Source: Dehalococcoidia bacterium (lineage in GTDB: Bacteria > Chloroflexota > Dehalococcoidia > GIF9 > AB-539-J10). From it: a stretch of DNA of 64,000 bases. Location of the stretch: the NCBI GenBank assembly GCA_046497565.1, contig JAWOFK010000092.1:836-64835 (forward strand). Reading direction: 5' to 3'. A model generated the notes under the pieces. The model was not told the DNA's origin. It worked only from the letters and a program-made list of their open reading frames with translations, and did not search any database. The position numbers and the translations under genes were made by a program. Shown in pieces: positions 48,283 to 57,829 of the stretch. The number at the start of each line of letters is the position of its first letter. Within the stretch, counting starts at the first letter, position 1.

Positions 48283-49202
48283 TTCCCGCCTATCTCGAGC
48301 ATCTTATCCACCGCGGCTTTGGCCCTGAGACGAATTTCCTCGGGAACCTTCACCTCGGGACTCATCTCTTCCAAAGACCACAGGACTTTCTCCAGCGTAA
48401 TCAATTTCATGTTGGGACAGACTGCCTGCTCGGAAACGGGGATAAACCTCTTGCCGGGATTCTCTTTTCTAAGTCGGTGTATTATCCCAATCTCTGTGCC
48501 CACAATCATCTCCTCAACCTCGTCTCTCCGGGCATATCTGCACATCCCGCCGGTGCTAAGCACCTCGTCAGCAAGGGCGATGACCTCCGGTGTGCACTCC
48601 GGATGAACTACCACCTTAGCTTGAGGATACTCCCGCTTCAATCTCCTTATTGTCTCAGGCTTTATCCTGGCATGGGTAGGACAGAAGCCGGGCCAAAGAA
48701 TCATCTTTTTGCCCGTTCTGGTGGAAACATAATGTCCCAGATACTGGTCGGGGACAAATAATATCTCCTGAGCGTTCAGGCTCTTTACGACCTGGACTGC
48801 GTTGGCGGAGGTGCAGCAGATATCTGAATCTGCCTTGACTTCGGCTGAGGAGTTGACGTAGCAGACCACCGCTGCCTGCGGATGTTCCTTCTTCTTCTCC
48901 CGTAGGCGTTCAGCCGTAATCATGTCCGCCATGGGACAGCCAGCGTTCATATCAGGTAGCAAGACCACCTTGTCAGGACAGAGGATGGAAGTTGTTTCCG
49001 CCATGAAGTGGACTCCGCAGAACACGATTACACTGGCGTCGGTTCTGGCAGCCTTCTGACTCAACTCCAGGGAATCGCCGACGAAGTCAGCTATATCCTG
49101 AACCTCACCCAATTGGTAGTTATGGGCAAGAATGACGGCTTTCCTGCTTTCCTTGAGCTTGCCTATTCTGTCTGTTAGTTCTGCGTTTCTATCTTCCATC
49201 AT
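48279..49202 (-). CDS. nadA: Quinolinate synthase
   Basis: [21 protein letters not shown] and TEIGIIHRL blocks are present. 307 aa. Confidence 0.95.
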   Translation of the reverse strand: MMEDRNAELTDRIGKLKESRKAVILAHNYQLGEVQDIADFVGDSLELSQKAARTDASVIVFCGVHFMAETTSILCPDKVVLLPDMNAGCPMADMITAERLREKKKEHPQAAVVCYVNSSAEVKADSDICCTSANAVQVVKSLNAQEILFVPDQYLGHYVSTRTGKKMILWPGFCPTHARIKPETIRRLKREYPQAKVVVHPECTPEVIALADEVLSTGGMCRYARRDEVEEMIVGTEIGIIHRLRKENPGKRFIPVSEQAVCPNMKLITLEKVLWSLEEMSPEVKVPEEIRLRAKAAVDKMLEIGGK

Positions 49203-49980
49203 GTGCTATCCTCCATGCAGCTGTGTAGACACTCATCCTCTTCCCCCGGACTGAAGCGACCAGAGTAATACCCAGGGTATCAGCAATTCTCACCCCCAGA
49301 TTAGTCGGCGCAGATATGGATATGATTATGGGAATGCCTCTCTTGGCTACCTTGTGCAATATCTCGGAGGAGATTCTTCCACTGGTTATTATTATCCGGT
49401 CATTGGTGGGTATGTCCTCCAGAAGGCACCTGCCAAAGATTTTGTCGATGGCATTATGCCTGCCTACATCTTCGCTAAAAACCAGTATGCTTTTGCTATC
49501 ACATAAGGCAGCACTGTGAACGCCGTGCGTTGCCAGATAAACGTGGGAGCCGTGTTGAAATCTGTGGACCAGGTCAAGAACTTCCTCAGTTGATATTTCC
49601 ATTTGGGATTCCACTTTTTGAGTGGCGGCGTCGGCGGGGCTATAGAAAGAAGCTCCTTTTCCGCATCCTGAAGATATGAATCGCTTGAACAAAACGTCCT
49701 GACTGAATCCTTTATCCCCGGTTGTTTCCAAGCGGACCATACCCCTTTCATCATCGACCAAGATGTTCCTTATTTCATCCTTATCTTTGAGCAGACCTTC
49801 GGAGGAAAGAAAGCCTACAGCCAAGTAGGTCAAATCCGTGGGAGAGCAGAGCAAGGTCACCAGCTCCTGGTCATTCAAGATGATAGTAAGGGGAGATTCT
49901 CTGGCAACTACCTCTTCAGTGTTGCTGCCACCTTTATCACTGAGCTTTAATATGGAAAACTTCTCTGTGTCGTTACCCAT
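49189..49980 (-). CDS. fdhD: Formate dehydrogenase accessory sulfurtransferase FdhD
   Basis: [41 protein letters not shown] motifs are present. Confidence 0.9.
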   Translation of the reverse strand: MGNDTEKFSILKLSDKGGSNTEEVVARESPLTIILNDQELVTLLCSPTDLTYLAVGFLSSEGLLKDKDEIRNILVDDERGMVRLETTGDKGFSQDVLFKRFISSGCGKGASFYSPADAATQKVESQMEISTEEVLDLVHRFQHGSHVYLATHGVHSAALCDSKSILVFSEDVGRHNAIDKIFGRCLLEDIPTNDRIIITSGRISSEILHKVAKRGIPIIISISAPTNLGVRIADTLGITLVASVRGKRMSVYTAAWRIAHDGR

Positions 49981-50419
49981 TTTTTGCTATCTCTATGCGG
50001 TCTCCCGCCCTGACAGGCCCACCGCGAACTACCCTGGCAAATATCCCTTCTTTAGGCATGATGCACTTGCCTATCTCTCGATAGATAGCACACCCACTGT
50101 GACACTCCTTGCCGATCTGGGTAACCTCAAGAAGAATGTCCTTGCCAATAGATATTTCTGTGCCTACAGGCAGGGAGGCGAGCTCCAGCCCTCGGGTGGT
50201 AAGGTTTTCAGCAAAATCTCCGGGACCTACGTCAAAGCCCACTACCCTCATTTTGTTGATGCTTTCCGCGGCCAATAGGCTCACTTGTCGATGGGTACAG
50301 CAGTGAGCGTGGGCATCGCCCTCAAGCCCATAATCTTCCTTAAGAAGGCCTTCGTCTATAACTTCCTTCTTAGTGCCTTTTTCTGCACTTCTACAGATTG
50401 CAATTACTTCGGCAAGCAT
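49973..50419 (-). CDS. MOSC-domain protein
   Basis: 148 aa. GLEGDAHA....RQVSLL...GDFAENLT..G pattern of the MOSC beta-barrel. Confidence 0.8.
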   Translation of the reverse strand: MLAEVIAICRSAEKGTKKEVIDEGLLKEDYGLEGDAHAHCCTHRQVSLLAAESINKMRVVGFDVGPGDFAENLTTRGLELASLPVGTEISIGKDILLEVTQIGKECHSGCAIYREIGKCIMPKEGIFARVVRGGPVRAGDRIEIAKNG

Positions 50420-50451
50420 CTATATGAACTCCGTCGGCCAAGATCAGCGAA

Positions 50452-50706
50452 CTATCCACCGCCTATTACACTAACAATCAGCGCGATACTGAATAGCTCC
50501 TTGTCTTTATGCTCCTCCTGGGAAGCCAGTTGGACGAGTTCCTGGTATGAATTAATCGCTTGGCCCTCAGCTAAAGCAACGGACCACGTTCTATTGCTGG
50601 AACTACCGAAGATGGTATCCTTCGCCTGCTCAAAGTCACAGATAGTTTCCCTTCCTGGGCTCTCCAAAGACCACCAGGTCACCTTTAACTTGGGTAATAT
50701 GGACAT
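50452..50706 (-). CDS. Small hypothetical protein ending in Gly-Gly-Gly; possible ThiS/MoaD-like beta-grasp sulfur carrier
   Basis: 84 aa. GAGAGGG lies about 8 nt before the ATG. The C-terminus (...LIVSVIGGG-stop) resembles ThiS-type ...VGGG ends. The gene heads a sulfur/cofactor array. Confidence 0.4.
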   Translation of the reverse strand: MSILPKLKVTWWSLESPGRETICDFEQAKDTIFGSSSNRTWSVALAEGQAINSYQELVQLASQEEHKDKELFSIALIVSVIGGG

Positions 50707-50891
50707 TCTGCTGACCCTCTCTTAATATTATTCGCACTGACCACTTTTTTGGGGCCATGTGTAATTTTCTGACTTGCTCTAATTGCCTTGCCCGTGTTAC
50801 TTGACCTTTTGGGTAGTGTAGACGATAATTATAGCGCCCGGATAGCTAGGCAATCAAGCCCGCAATCCTTCCTTAAGAAGAATCGCTGTTT

Positions 50892-52274
50892 ATGGATGCG
50901 CCCGCAGGCGATGGTATAGGTAGAAGAATAATACTCTTTGCCGCCGCAGCAACTTTCCTTTTGTTTGCCTTCATGGCTTCTGCTGTCAATATTGCCCTTC
51001 CCCGACTCGGGGAAGAACTGTCGCTGGATGCAATTATGTTAGGCTGGGTTGCCACCGGTTACCTCTTGTCCTCGGCAGCTTTGCTCGTTCCCGCTGGCAG
51101 GATAGCGGACATATACGGCAGGAAGAAGATTTTTGCCACCGGCATAGCTATCTTCACGCTCGCCTCTCTTCTTTCAGGGGTGGCAACGTCTGGCGTCATG
51201 CTTATCTCCTTTCGGGTTTTGCAGGGAATTGGCGTTGCCATGTTTGTCGGGACCGGCGTAGCATTGCTCATTTCGGTATTCCCTGCTGCTGAGAGGGGCA
51301 AAGTTCTGGGGATGATTGTGGCCGCGGTTTTTACCGGTTTGACCCTGGGCCCGGTTTTGGGTGGGGTTCTGACGCAGCACCTTGGCTGGAGGAGCATCTT
51401 TTTCCTGACTGTGCCTTTGGGGTTGGTAGTCCTTGCCCTGGTTATGTGGAAGCTGAAAGGAGAGTGGACTGGGGCAAAGGGGGAGAAGTTCGATTTAGCC
51501 GGCTCTTTAGTCTATATCGTTGCGCTTGTGGCCCTGGTACTGGGCTTGACCTTCCTGCCCGGGATGTTAGGAGTGTGGTTGGTTGTGGGAGGCGTTGTGG
51601 GGCTTTTTACGTTCGTCAGATGGGAGATGAGAATCCGAAGTCCGATTCTGGATATGAACCTCTTCAGAAACAGCAGAGCCTTCACTTTTTCCAGCGTGGC
51701 GATGTTGCTCGGGTTCGTTCCTTTTTGGGCCGTCACTTTGCTCATAAATCTGTATTTACAGTATGTAAAGGGATTGAACCCTGAAAGTGCAGGCCTGGTT
51801 CTGGTAGCCATGCCCGTTATGTCGGCTGTTCTTTCACCGCTTGCTGGCAAGTTTTCGGATAGGATTGAACCCAGGATAATTGCCTCAACAGGAATGGCGT
51901 TGATTACCTTGGGGCTCGTTATGTTCGTCTTCCTAACTGAGGGGACTTCTTTGCAATCAGTTATCGTCAGTTTGATTCTGGTGGGCTCTGGATTTGCTCT
52001 TTTCGACTCCCCCAATACCAATGCGGTTATGAGTTCTGCACCAAAGACGGCTTATGGAGTGGCCTCGGCAACGGCAGCAACGATGCGGCAGATTGGTATG
52101 GTCCTGGGCATGGGAATCGTGATGCTCATGTTCGCCCTGTATATAGGAAGGGTTGAGATTACGCCCGAGTATTATGCGCGTTTCCAGGAAAGCATGAGGA
52201 CATCGTTCGTCATTCTCGCCGTTCTTTGCTCTGGCGGCGTCCTCGTTTCGCTGGCCAGAGGAAAGGTGCGATAG
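50892..52274 (+). CDS. MFS transporter, 14-TM DHA2 (EmrB/QacA)-like
   Basis: 460 aa polytopic protein. The MFS motif A-like GRIADIYGRKK and motif C-like regions are present. Confidence 0.85.
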   Translation: MDAPAGDGIGRRIILFAAAATFLLFAFMASAVNIALPRLGEELSLDAIMLGWVATGYLLSSAALLVPAGRIADIYGRKKIFATGIAIFTLASLLSGVATSGVMLISFRVLQGIGVAMFVGTGVALLISVFPAAERGKVLGMIVAAVFTGLTLGPVLGGVLTQHLGWRSIFFLTVPLGLVVLALVMWKLKGEWTGAKGEKFDLAGSLVYIVALVALVLGLTFLPGMLGVWLVVGGVVGLFTFVRWEMRIRSPILDMNLFRNSRAFTFSSVAMLLGFVPFWAVTLLINLYLQYVKGLNPESAGLVLVAMPVMSAVLSPLAGKFSDRIEPRIIASTGMALITLGLVMFVFLTEGTSLQSVIVSLILVGSGFALFDSPNTNAVMSSAPKTAYGVASATAATMRQIGMVLGMGIVMLMFALYIGRVEITPEYYARFQESMRTSFVILAVLCSGGVLVSLARGKVR

Positions 52275-52335
52275 GCTTCATTTTCTTGCCCGCCAGCAAT
52301 GTCCTGCAGAATCGGATGGAGCCTTACCTTGATGC

Positions 52336-53103
52336 TTATTTTTGGCCCTCCTTTGTCCCGCAGACTCTGCAATCCTGGTTTTTCACCAAATTGCGGAACG
52401 CAAAATCCATCGTCTCACCGTTGAAATATAACATCTTCCCCGTTAGCAGGGACCCGAACCCGGCCAGAAGTTTGATTGCTTCTGTCACCTGCAAGGTCGC
52501 TATCAAGGCTGGAGTCACACTGAAAACAGGAAATGGGTCCCTGGTGTGTGGAACTTCGGGAAAAATGCAGCAAAGGCAGGGCGTCCTCCCCGGGAGTATA
52601 GTAGTGACCTCGCCAAAAAGCCCGTTGATACCGCCATGGATGAAGGGTATCCCTTCCTTAACACACGCTTCGTTAATAATAAACCTGGTCTCGAAGTTGT
52701 CCATCCCATCTATTACCAGATCTGCTCCTTTGATAATCTCCCTGGCATTATGTTCGGTAATCTTCTTGAAAACGGAGGTGACCTCTATTGAAGAATTCAA
52801 TTTGGCCAGCTTCCGAGCCGCGGAGAATGGCTTTCCCTCTCCAATATCTTCCTCGTAATGAAGAACCTGCCGGTTCAAGTTGGAGAGTTCCACACGGTCA
52901 TAGTCTACCAGGGTGAGATGGCCTACGCCGGTACACGTTAGATATAGAGCGGCAGAGGATCCCAGTCCACCAATTCCGGCTACCATCACGTGGGACTGTT
53001 TAAGCTTTTCTTGACCCTCCTCGCCAAACCCTGTATATAAAATCTGGCGTTGATATCTAGTCAAATCGTTCTTCGTTAACATGTCCTTCCCTTTATGCTC
53101 CAA
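52336..53103 (-). CDS. ThiF/MoeB/HesA-family E1-like adenylyltransferase
   Basis: RYQRQI, GIGGLGS nucleotide loop, two CxxC pairs (CLCC, CRVC). 255 aa; no rhodanese domain. Confidence 0.85.
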   Translation of the reverse strand: MEHKGKDMLTKNDLTRYQRQILYTGFGEEGQEKLKQSHVMVAGIGGLGSSAALYLTCTGVGHLTLVDYDRVELSNLNRQVLHYEEDIGEGKPFSAARKLAKLNSSIEVTSVFKKITEHNAREIIKGADLVIDGMDNFETRFIINEACVKEGIPFIHGGINGLFGEVTTILPGRTPCLCCIFPEVPHTRDPFPVFSVTPALIATLQVTEAIKLLAGFGSLLTGKMLYFNGETMDFAFRNLVKNQDCRVCGTKEGQK

Positions 53104-53302
53104 CTCTTCACGTTATTCTCTTGCATGCTTCGTTGCCAGATGATCGAACCCAATTCTGCCAATTTGAGCTTTCGCCACTCCTCCTTATGTTGGTCTCTGG
53201 CATTCTTTGTCCAGAGTTTGGACTTATGAACTTGACTTTGAGGTTCTGGTTATCCCACCCCAAGGACGGCCCCTTATTATACAGGTTCTTGTAACTCACA
53301 CG

Positions 53303-54298
53303 CTATATCAGCGAGAAGCAATAGCCCAGCGCCAAACCCATGGCACTGACACCTATTAGATAAATAGCCAGAACCCGGCCGCCGAATTCCTTTCTCAGGA
53401 CCAGGATAGTGCCCCAACTGGTAATCGGCCCCACCAGTAGTACAAGCATACCCGCGCCGATATTCATTCCCTGTTCCACGAAGGCATGAACCAGCGGTAC
53501 GCTAGCTGTGGCGCAGATATACATGATCATGCCAAAGCCGAGGCCGAAGAGATACCCCAGTCCTCCACCGAGATTGGCGCCAACGAATTCCCCCACAGGC
53601 GTAACTGTCGCTACCAAAGCCGCCAGTGCTAGGGCCAGGAGCAACTCCGGCCCGATATCCTTGACCATATCCACGAAGGCATATCTGAACACGTGCTTCA
53701 CCCGGTGAGAAACTTTCCGTGAGCCACCTGTATACTGCTCCGGGCTACCTTCAAAGGCTTGCTGGCAGTGGGAACAGCAGAAGTAATACGTCTCCCCGCT
53801 GTATTCTGCCTGAGGCGCTTTCGTCACCTCGACGCTCATCCCGCAAACGGGGTCAAGAGCTTGCTCCGCTGGAGGAACAACAGCTTCGGCTTGGCCCTTG
53901 ACGACATTTCCCACCAGCCCGATAACCAGCCCCATCGCAATGACGGCGAAAAATTCGAATATGGCCCATTGCAGGCCCAGGAGTCTAAAGGCGACCAGCA
54001 GGGCAGTTATGGACGTGGCCGGTGTCGCCACCACGAAAGCTAAAACTGGACCTAGCCTGGCCCCCTTCCGGTGGAGGCTCACCGCCACCGGAAGCGACCC
54101 CAGGCAGCAAATGGGAAGGATTGTCCCGACGAGGGTGGAGTGAAGAATTGGCTTGATGCCCCTGCCTCCCAGGTGCGTTTCCACCAGCTTTGAGGGAACA
54201 AACTCATGGATTAAGCCACTCAGCAGGAACCCTATTGCCAGGACAGGCAATACGTCGAGAAAATACTCCTTGAATACTATGAAATACTGGACTATCAA
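53303..54298 (-). CDS. Two-half permease (COG0701/DUF318, ArsP-like) with a central YHS/TRASH-type metal-binding domain
   Basis: N-terminal half has a vicinal Cys pair (TILPICCLGSLP). The cytoplasmic insert is DPVCGMSVE....YYFCCSHCQQAF. The C-terminal half is a repeat-like membrane domain. Confidence 0.75.
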   Translation of the reverse strand: MIVQYFIVFKEYFLDVLPVLAIGFLLSGLIHEFVPSKLVETHLGGRGIKPILHSTLVGTILPICCLGSLPVAVSLHRKGARLGPVLAFVVATPATSITALLVAFRLLGLQWAIFEFFAVIAMGLVIGLVGNVVKGQAEAVVPPAEQALDPVCGMSVEVTKAPQAEYSGETYYFCCSHCQQAFEGSPEQYTGGSRKVSHRVKHVFRYAFVDMVKDIGPELLLALALAALVATVTPVGEFVGANLGGGLGYLFGLGFGMIMYICATASVPLVHAFVEQGMNIGAGMLVLLVGPITSWGTILVLRKEFGGRVLAIYLIGVSAMGLALGYCFSLI

Positions 54299-54440
54299 CT
54301 ATTTACCTTCAGCATTTCCGGGAAAGCCTTTCCCCACGTTTATCCCGGCGCCAACGTCAAGCGCCGTTCATAAGTCCAGATATTCTCCGCAAACCCCAAG
54401 GCCTCTCTCTGTTCTTTGAGACAAATCGCGGCCTAAATTT

Positions 54441-55199
54441 TCACTTATATGCCTTCACTGTAATGCTCAGGAGCTTTGTCGGCGCCTGGCTTCCCTCGTT
54501 TCCTAGGTCGAACTCCTTGCTGGACAGCACTTGCACATCCTTAAAGCCAGCGTCCTTTATCTGTCTCAGGTATTCTTGCTGTTCTAAAGCCCCGCCGATG
54601 CAACACGCCCAGGCATCAGGGTCATTCTTCAACTCGCCGGGGAGTGCTCTCTCGGAAACTATATCGGAGACTGTGAGCCTGCCCTCGGGCTTCAGGACTC
54701 GATAAGCTTCCTGGAAGACCTTGAATTTGTCCGGTGAGAGGTTGATAACGCAGTTACTGACAATGGCGTCCACGGATTCATCCTCAACAGGAAGGTTCTC
54801 CATTTCTCCGAGGCGAAACTCCACGTTACGGTAGTCATAGATTTTGGCGATTCCCTTTGCTCTATTTACCATCTCCTCCGTCATATCCACACCGATAGCC
54901 TTGCCACTTGGGCCAACTTTGTTGGCAGCTAAGAATACATCTGCTCCTGTTCCCGAGCCTAAATCCAGTACTATCTCCCCTATTCTCAGGTCTGCTATTG
55001 CGGTGGGGTTACCACACCCCAACCCCATAATCGCCTCTTCTGGGACATGCTGCAAATCTTCCCGGGAGTATCCAGTAGCTTCAGCTTGAGACAAAGGGCT
55101 GGCCCCGCAAGCACAACTGGGACAGCAGCTCTCTTGGTCTTGCTTGGCTATCTGAGCATATTTCCCCTTAACCACTTCCTTGATTTCCTTATTTTCCAT
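54441..55199 (-). CDS. arsM: Arsenite S-adenosylmethionine methyltransferase-like protein
   Basis: VKGKYAQIA, N-terminal Cys cluster (CCPSCACG), SAM motif (VLDLGSGTGADV), SNCVINL, and WACCIGGA, characteristic of ArsM. Confidence 0.8.
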   Translation of the reverse strand: MENKEIKEVVKGKYAQIAKQDQESCCPSCACGASPLSQAEATGYSREDLQHVPEEAIMGLGCGNPTAIADLRIGEIVLDLGSGTGADVFLAANKVGPSGKAIGVDMTEEMVNRAKGIAKIYDYRNVEFRLGEMENLPVEDESVDAIVSNCVINLSPDKFKVFQEAYRVLKPEGRLTVSDIVSERALPGELKNDPDAWACCIGGALEQQEYLRQIKDAGFKDVQVLSSKEFDLGNEGSQAPTKLLSITVKAYK

Positions 55200-55274
55200 G
55201 ATTTACCTCCTTGATATTTGCGTAGTGATAATTCCTTCACAGGAAAGGCTCTGCCAGAATTATTCCAGCCATAG

Positions 55275-56378
55275 TTATCCGGGTGTGCTTTCTATCGTTC
55301 CTCCTCCTATTACGACCTCACCGTCATAAAAGACCACTGCCTGACCTGGAGTAATCGCCATCTGAGGCTCTTCGAATTTTGCATAGACTCTGTTTCCTTC
55401 CAACGGGACTATCATTACTCCGGCTTCTCTGTGAAGGTACCTTATTCTGGCCTTTGCCTGTATAGGTTGGGTTGGCCTCTCTGCTATCCAATTCAACTCA
55501 GAGGCTATGAACTCATCGCGATATAGTTCCTCTTTGCTGCCTACTGTAATGGCATTCTTTTGTGGGTCAATATCGACAACGTATAGCGGCTCTCTGGCTG
55601 AGATGCCAAGCCTCTTGCGCTGTCCAATGGTGTAAAACGGGATTCCCTCGTGTTGCCCCAGGACATTCCCCTGCCTGTCGAGTATTGGCCCGGGCTGTAC
55701 CGCAACTTTCACAAGAGAGGAGTAATCTCCCGCTACGAAGTCTTGACTTTCCGGCTTGTCATTAACGCCAAGCCCCAAATGAGAAGCTATCTCTCTTACT
55801 TCTTCCTTGGTCTGGTTACCCACCGGGAAAAGGGAGCGCCCCAGCTGTGCCTGAGAGAGCGAGAAGAGGAAATAAGACTGGTCTTTCCGTGAGTCTTGGG
55901 CCTTTTTGAGCAAGTGGCGGTGCTCCCTCTCATCGTATTCAACCCGAGCATAATGACCGGTGGCGAAACAGTCGAATTCGATTCCGCTATCTCGGGCCTT
56001 TTGGCCCAGGGCGTCAAATTTAACCCAGCGGTTGCACCTTATGCACGGATTGGGAGTCCTGCCTGACAAATACTCACGGCAAAAATAGTCCAAAACCTGT
56101 GATTTGTATTCCCTTTTCAAATCAAGAACGTGGAAAGGGATTCCCAAAATCTGAGCAACCCTTTGGGCATCTTCTATATCCCGTTCTTCGCCTGGCCCGT
56201 AGCAGCCCCTGCCCGCCGGGGCCTGGCAGGCAGTACGGCGTCTTGCCAGCTCCGGAGGAGTCTCCCCGTCCCATATCTTCATGGTCACACCGGTGACCGC
56301 GTACCCCTGCTCCTTGAGAAGGGCAGCAGCAACGGAAGAGTCTACACCTCCGCTCATGGCTGCTAGTACTTTCTTCAT
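55275..56378 (-). CDS. mnmA: tRNA 2-thiouridine(34) synthase
   Basis: PP-loop (AAMSGGVDSSVAA), NPCIRCN, ATGHYAR, KDQSYFL. Confidence 0.95.
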   Translation of the reverse strand: MKKVLAAMSGGVDSSVAAALLKEQGYAVTGVTMKIWDGETPPELARRRTACQAPAGRGCYGPGEERDIEDAQRVAQILGIPFHVLDLKREYKSQVLDYFCREYLSGRTPNPCIRCNRWVKFDALGQKARDSGIEFDCFATGHYARVEYDEREHRHLLKKAQDSRKDQSYFLFSLSQAQLGRSLFPVGNQTKEEVREIASHLGLGVNDKPESQDFVAGDYSSLVKVAVQPGPILDRQGNVLGQHEGIPFYTIGQRKRLGISAREPLYVVDIDPQKNAITVGSKEELYRDEFIASELNWIAERPTQPIQAKARIRYLHREAGVMIVPLEGNRVYAKFEEPQMAITPGQAVVFYDGEVVIGGGTIESTPG

Positions 56379-56525
56379 GGCTTCTACTGGCTGGATCAGT
56401 CAAGAATTCTCAGGAGTGGTCGGGCTCAAGCGGCAAAGATCAGGCCTTTGGATAAAGATGACGCTTAAATGCGATACTGATTTGGACTGCTAGTGGAAAG
56501 ATGGAGTGAGTCCACAAATTCGTAT

Positions 56526-56930
56526 TCATATTACTTTCCCTTCGTCTGTCGTCCTTGAAATGTAGTCATCAATAGCTGATCTAAGCGCCTCCTCGGCCAG
56601 GGATGAACAATGCATCTTGGCTGGCGGCAGCCCATCCAGAGCTTCAGCAACCGCCTTGTTGGAGATTTTCAGGGCTTCTTCTATGCTCTTCCCCTTCACC
56701 ATCTCAGTGGCCATAGAGCTGGTGGCAATGGCAGCTCCACAGCCGAAGGTCTTGAATTTTGCATCAACAATGATGCCATCCTTTATCTTGAGATAGAGCT
56801 CCATAACGTCGCCGCATATCGGGTTCCCCACACGTCCCACACCGTCGGGGTTCTCCATCTCTCCTACATTCCGGGGATTCTTGAAGTGCTCCATCACCTT
56901 CTCGCTATATAACGATGATACGTCACCCAT
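56526..56930 (-). CDS. nifU: Fe-S cluster scaffold NifU/IscU-type
   Basis: 134 aa with the three scaffold cysteines (NPICGD, FGCGAAIA, HCSSLA). Confidence 0.9.
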   Translation of the reverse strand: MGDVSSLYSEKVMEHFKNPRNVGEMENPDGVGRVGNPICGDVMELYLKIKDGIIVDAKFKTFGCGAAIATSSMATEMVKGKSIEEALKISNKAVAEALDGLPPAKMHCSSLAEEALRSAIDDYISRTTDEGKVI

Positions 56931-57256
56931 TTCTTGTGTCGCCCTTTATTCCAGTCTTCGCCCTTTCAAAGGGATATCCTGGTCACTGCTGCCTGAAGCT
57001 TCCCGGGCAACGTGAGCCAGACTGTAACGACAGGAAGCTTTCATATGAGTAACTCCGCAGACTTCCTATATCTCATCTTTGCCTAACTATTCTATCAGTA
57101 TACCGCAAGAGCCTTTCCATGGCCAGTTTCGTCTCTTGAGGAGTTATGAGAAAAGTCATGCGCTCCATACCGGTCTCCCTCGCCAGCTTGTCAACTCTCT
57201 GGCGCTGGCTCCCATTACAGCCAGGTCGATGCGGTTGGCTGATGGTGCTTACGCTT

Positions 57257-57826
57257 CTACCCCCTGATATGCTCCCTCACCTTTTGTTCACTTTCCCCGA
57301 GGTTGATGCCGATGAACTCAACCTTCTCTCCTGTCTCCACGAAAGCTGCTTGAAGATGCGGCTGCTGGGCTACACAGGCAGGGCACCACGTGGCCCAGAA
57401 GTTAATAAGCACCCATTTACCTCTGAGCTGGCTCAGTTCCACCGCCTCTCCCTCGAGTGTAGGCAGGATGAAGTCGGGAGCTACATGCCCGACACTGGGA
57501 GCCACTCCCGCATGCGGAGGCGTACTTTCGCGTGAGGTTATTTCCTCCAGCCAGCTGATCAAATCCTCCTTGCTCCCAAAAGGACCTACTCTTATACTGC
57601 GGACAATCCCTTCTTCGTCGATGAGTACAGTGGTGGGAAGGTATCTAATATTGTAGGCTACTCCTACCTTCTGGGCTGTATCCAGAGCCATGGTAAAGGT
57701 TATATCTGCTGTGGGAGATGGTGCGCACCCCGGAAGATGCCCGCCTAGTAGAATGATGGCAACTACTATGGCCACGACCACTACTGTCAGTTGTACTATC
57801 CTTCTTCTGCGCATAATAATCCTCAT
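57257..57826 (-). CDS. TlpA/ResA-like membrane-anchored thiol:disulfide oxidoreductase
   Basis: N-terminal TM anchor; thioredoxin fold with WATWCPACV. Confidence 0.85.
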   Translation of the reverse strand: MRIIMRRRRIVQLTVVVVAIVVAIILLGGHLPGCAPSPTADITFTMALDTAQKVGVAYNIRYLPTTVLIDEEGIVRSIRVGPFGSKEDLISWLEEITSRESTPPHAGVAPSVGHVAPDFILPTLEGEAVELSQLRGKWVLINFWATWCPACVAQQPHLQAAFVETGEKVEFIGINLGESEQKVREHIRG

Positions 57827-57829
57827 TAC

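Noticed and set aside
53104-53302. 199-nt leader upstream of the ThiF/MoeB-like gene, checked for TPP, Moco or SAM riboswitch signatures; also the listed 63-aa ORF 53108-53299
   Set aside because: The minus-strand RNA lacks the CUGAGA/ACCUGAUCUGGAUAAUGCCAGCG-type TPP core and other riboswitch cores I can recall. The 63-aa ORF has no SD and an odd composition. The region is unresolved without a covariance search.
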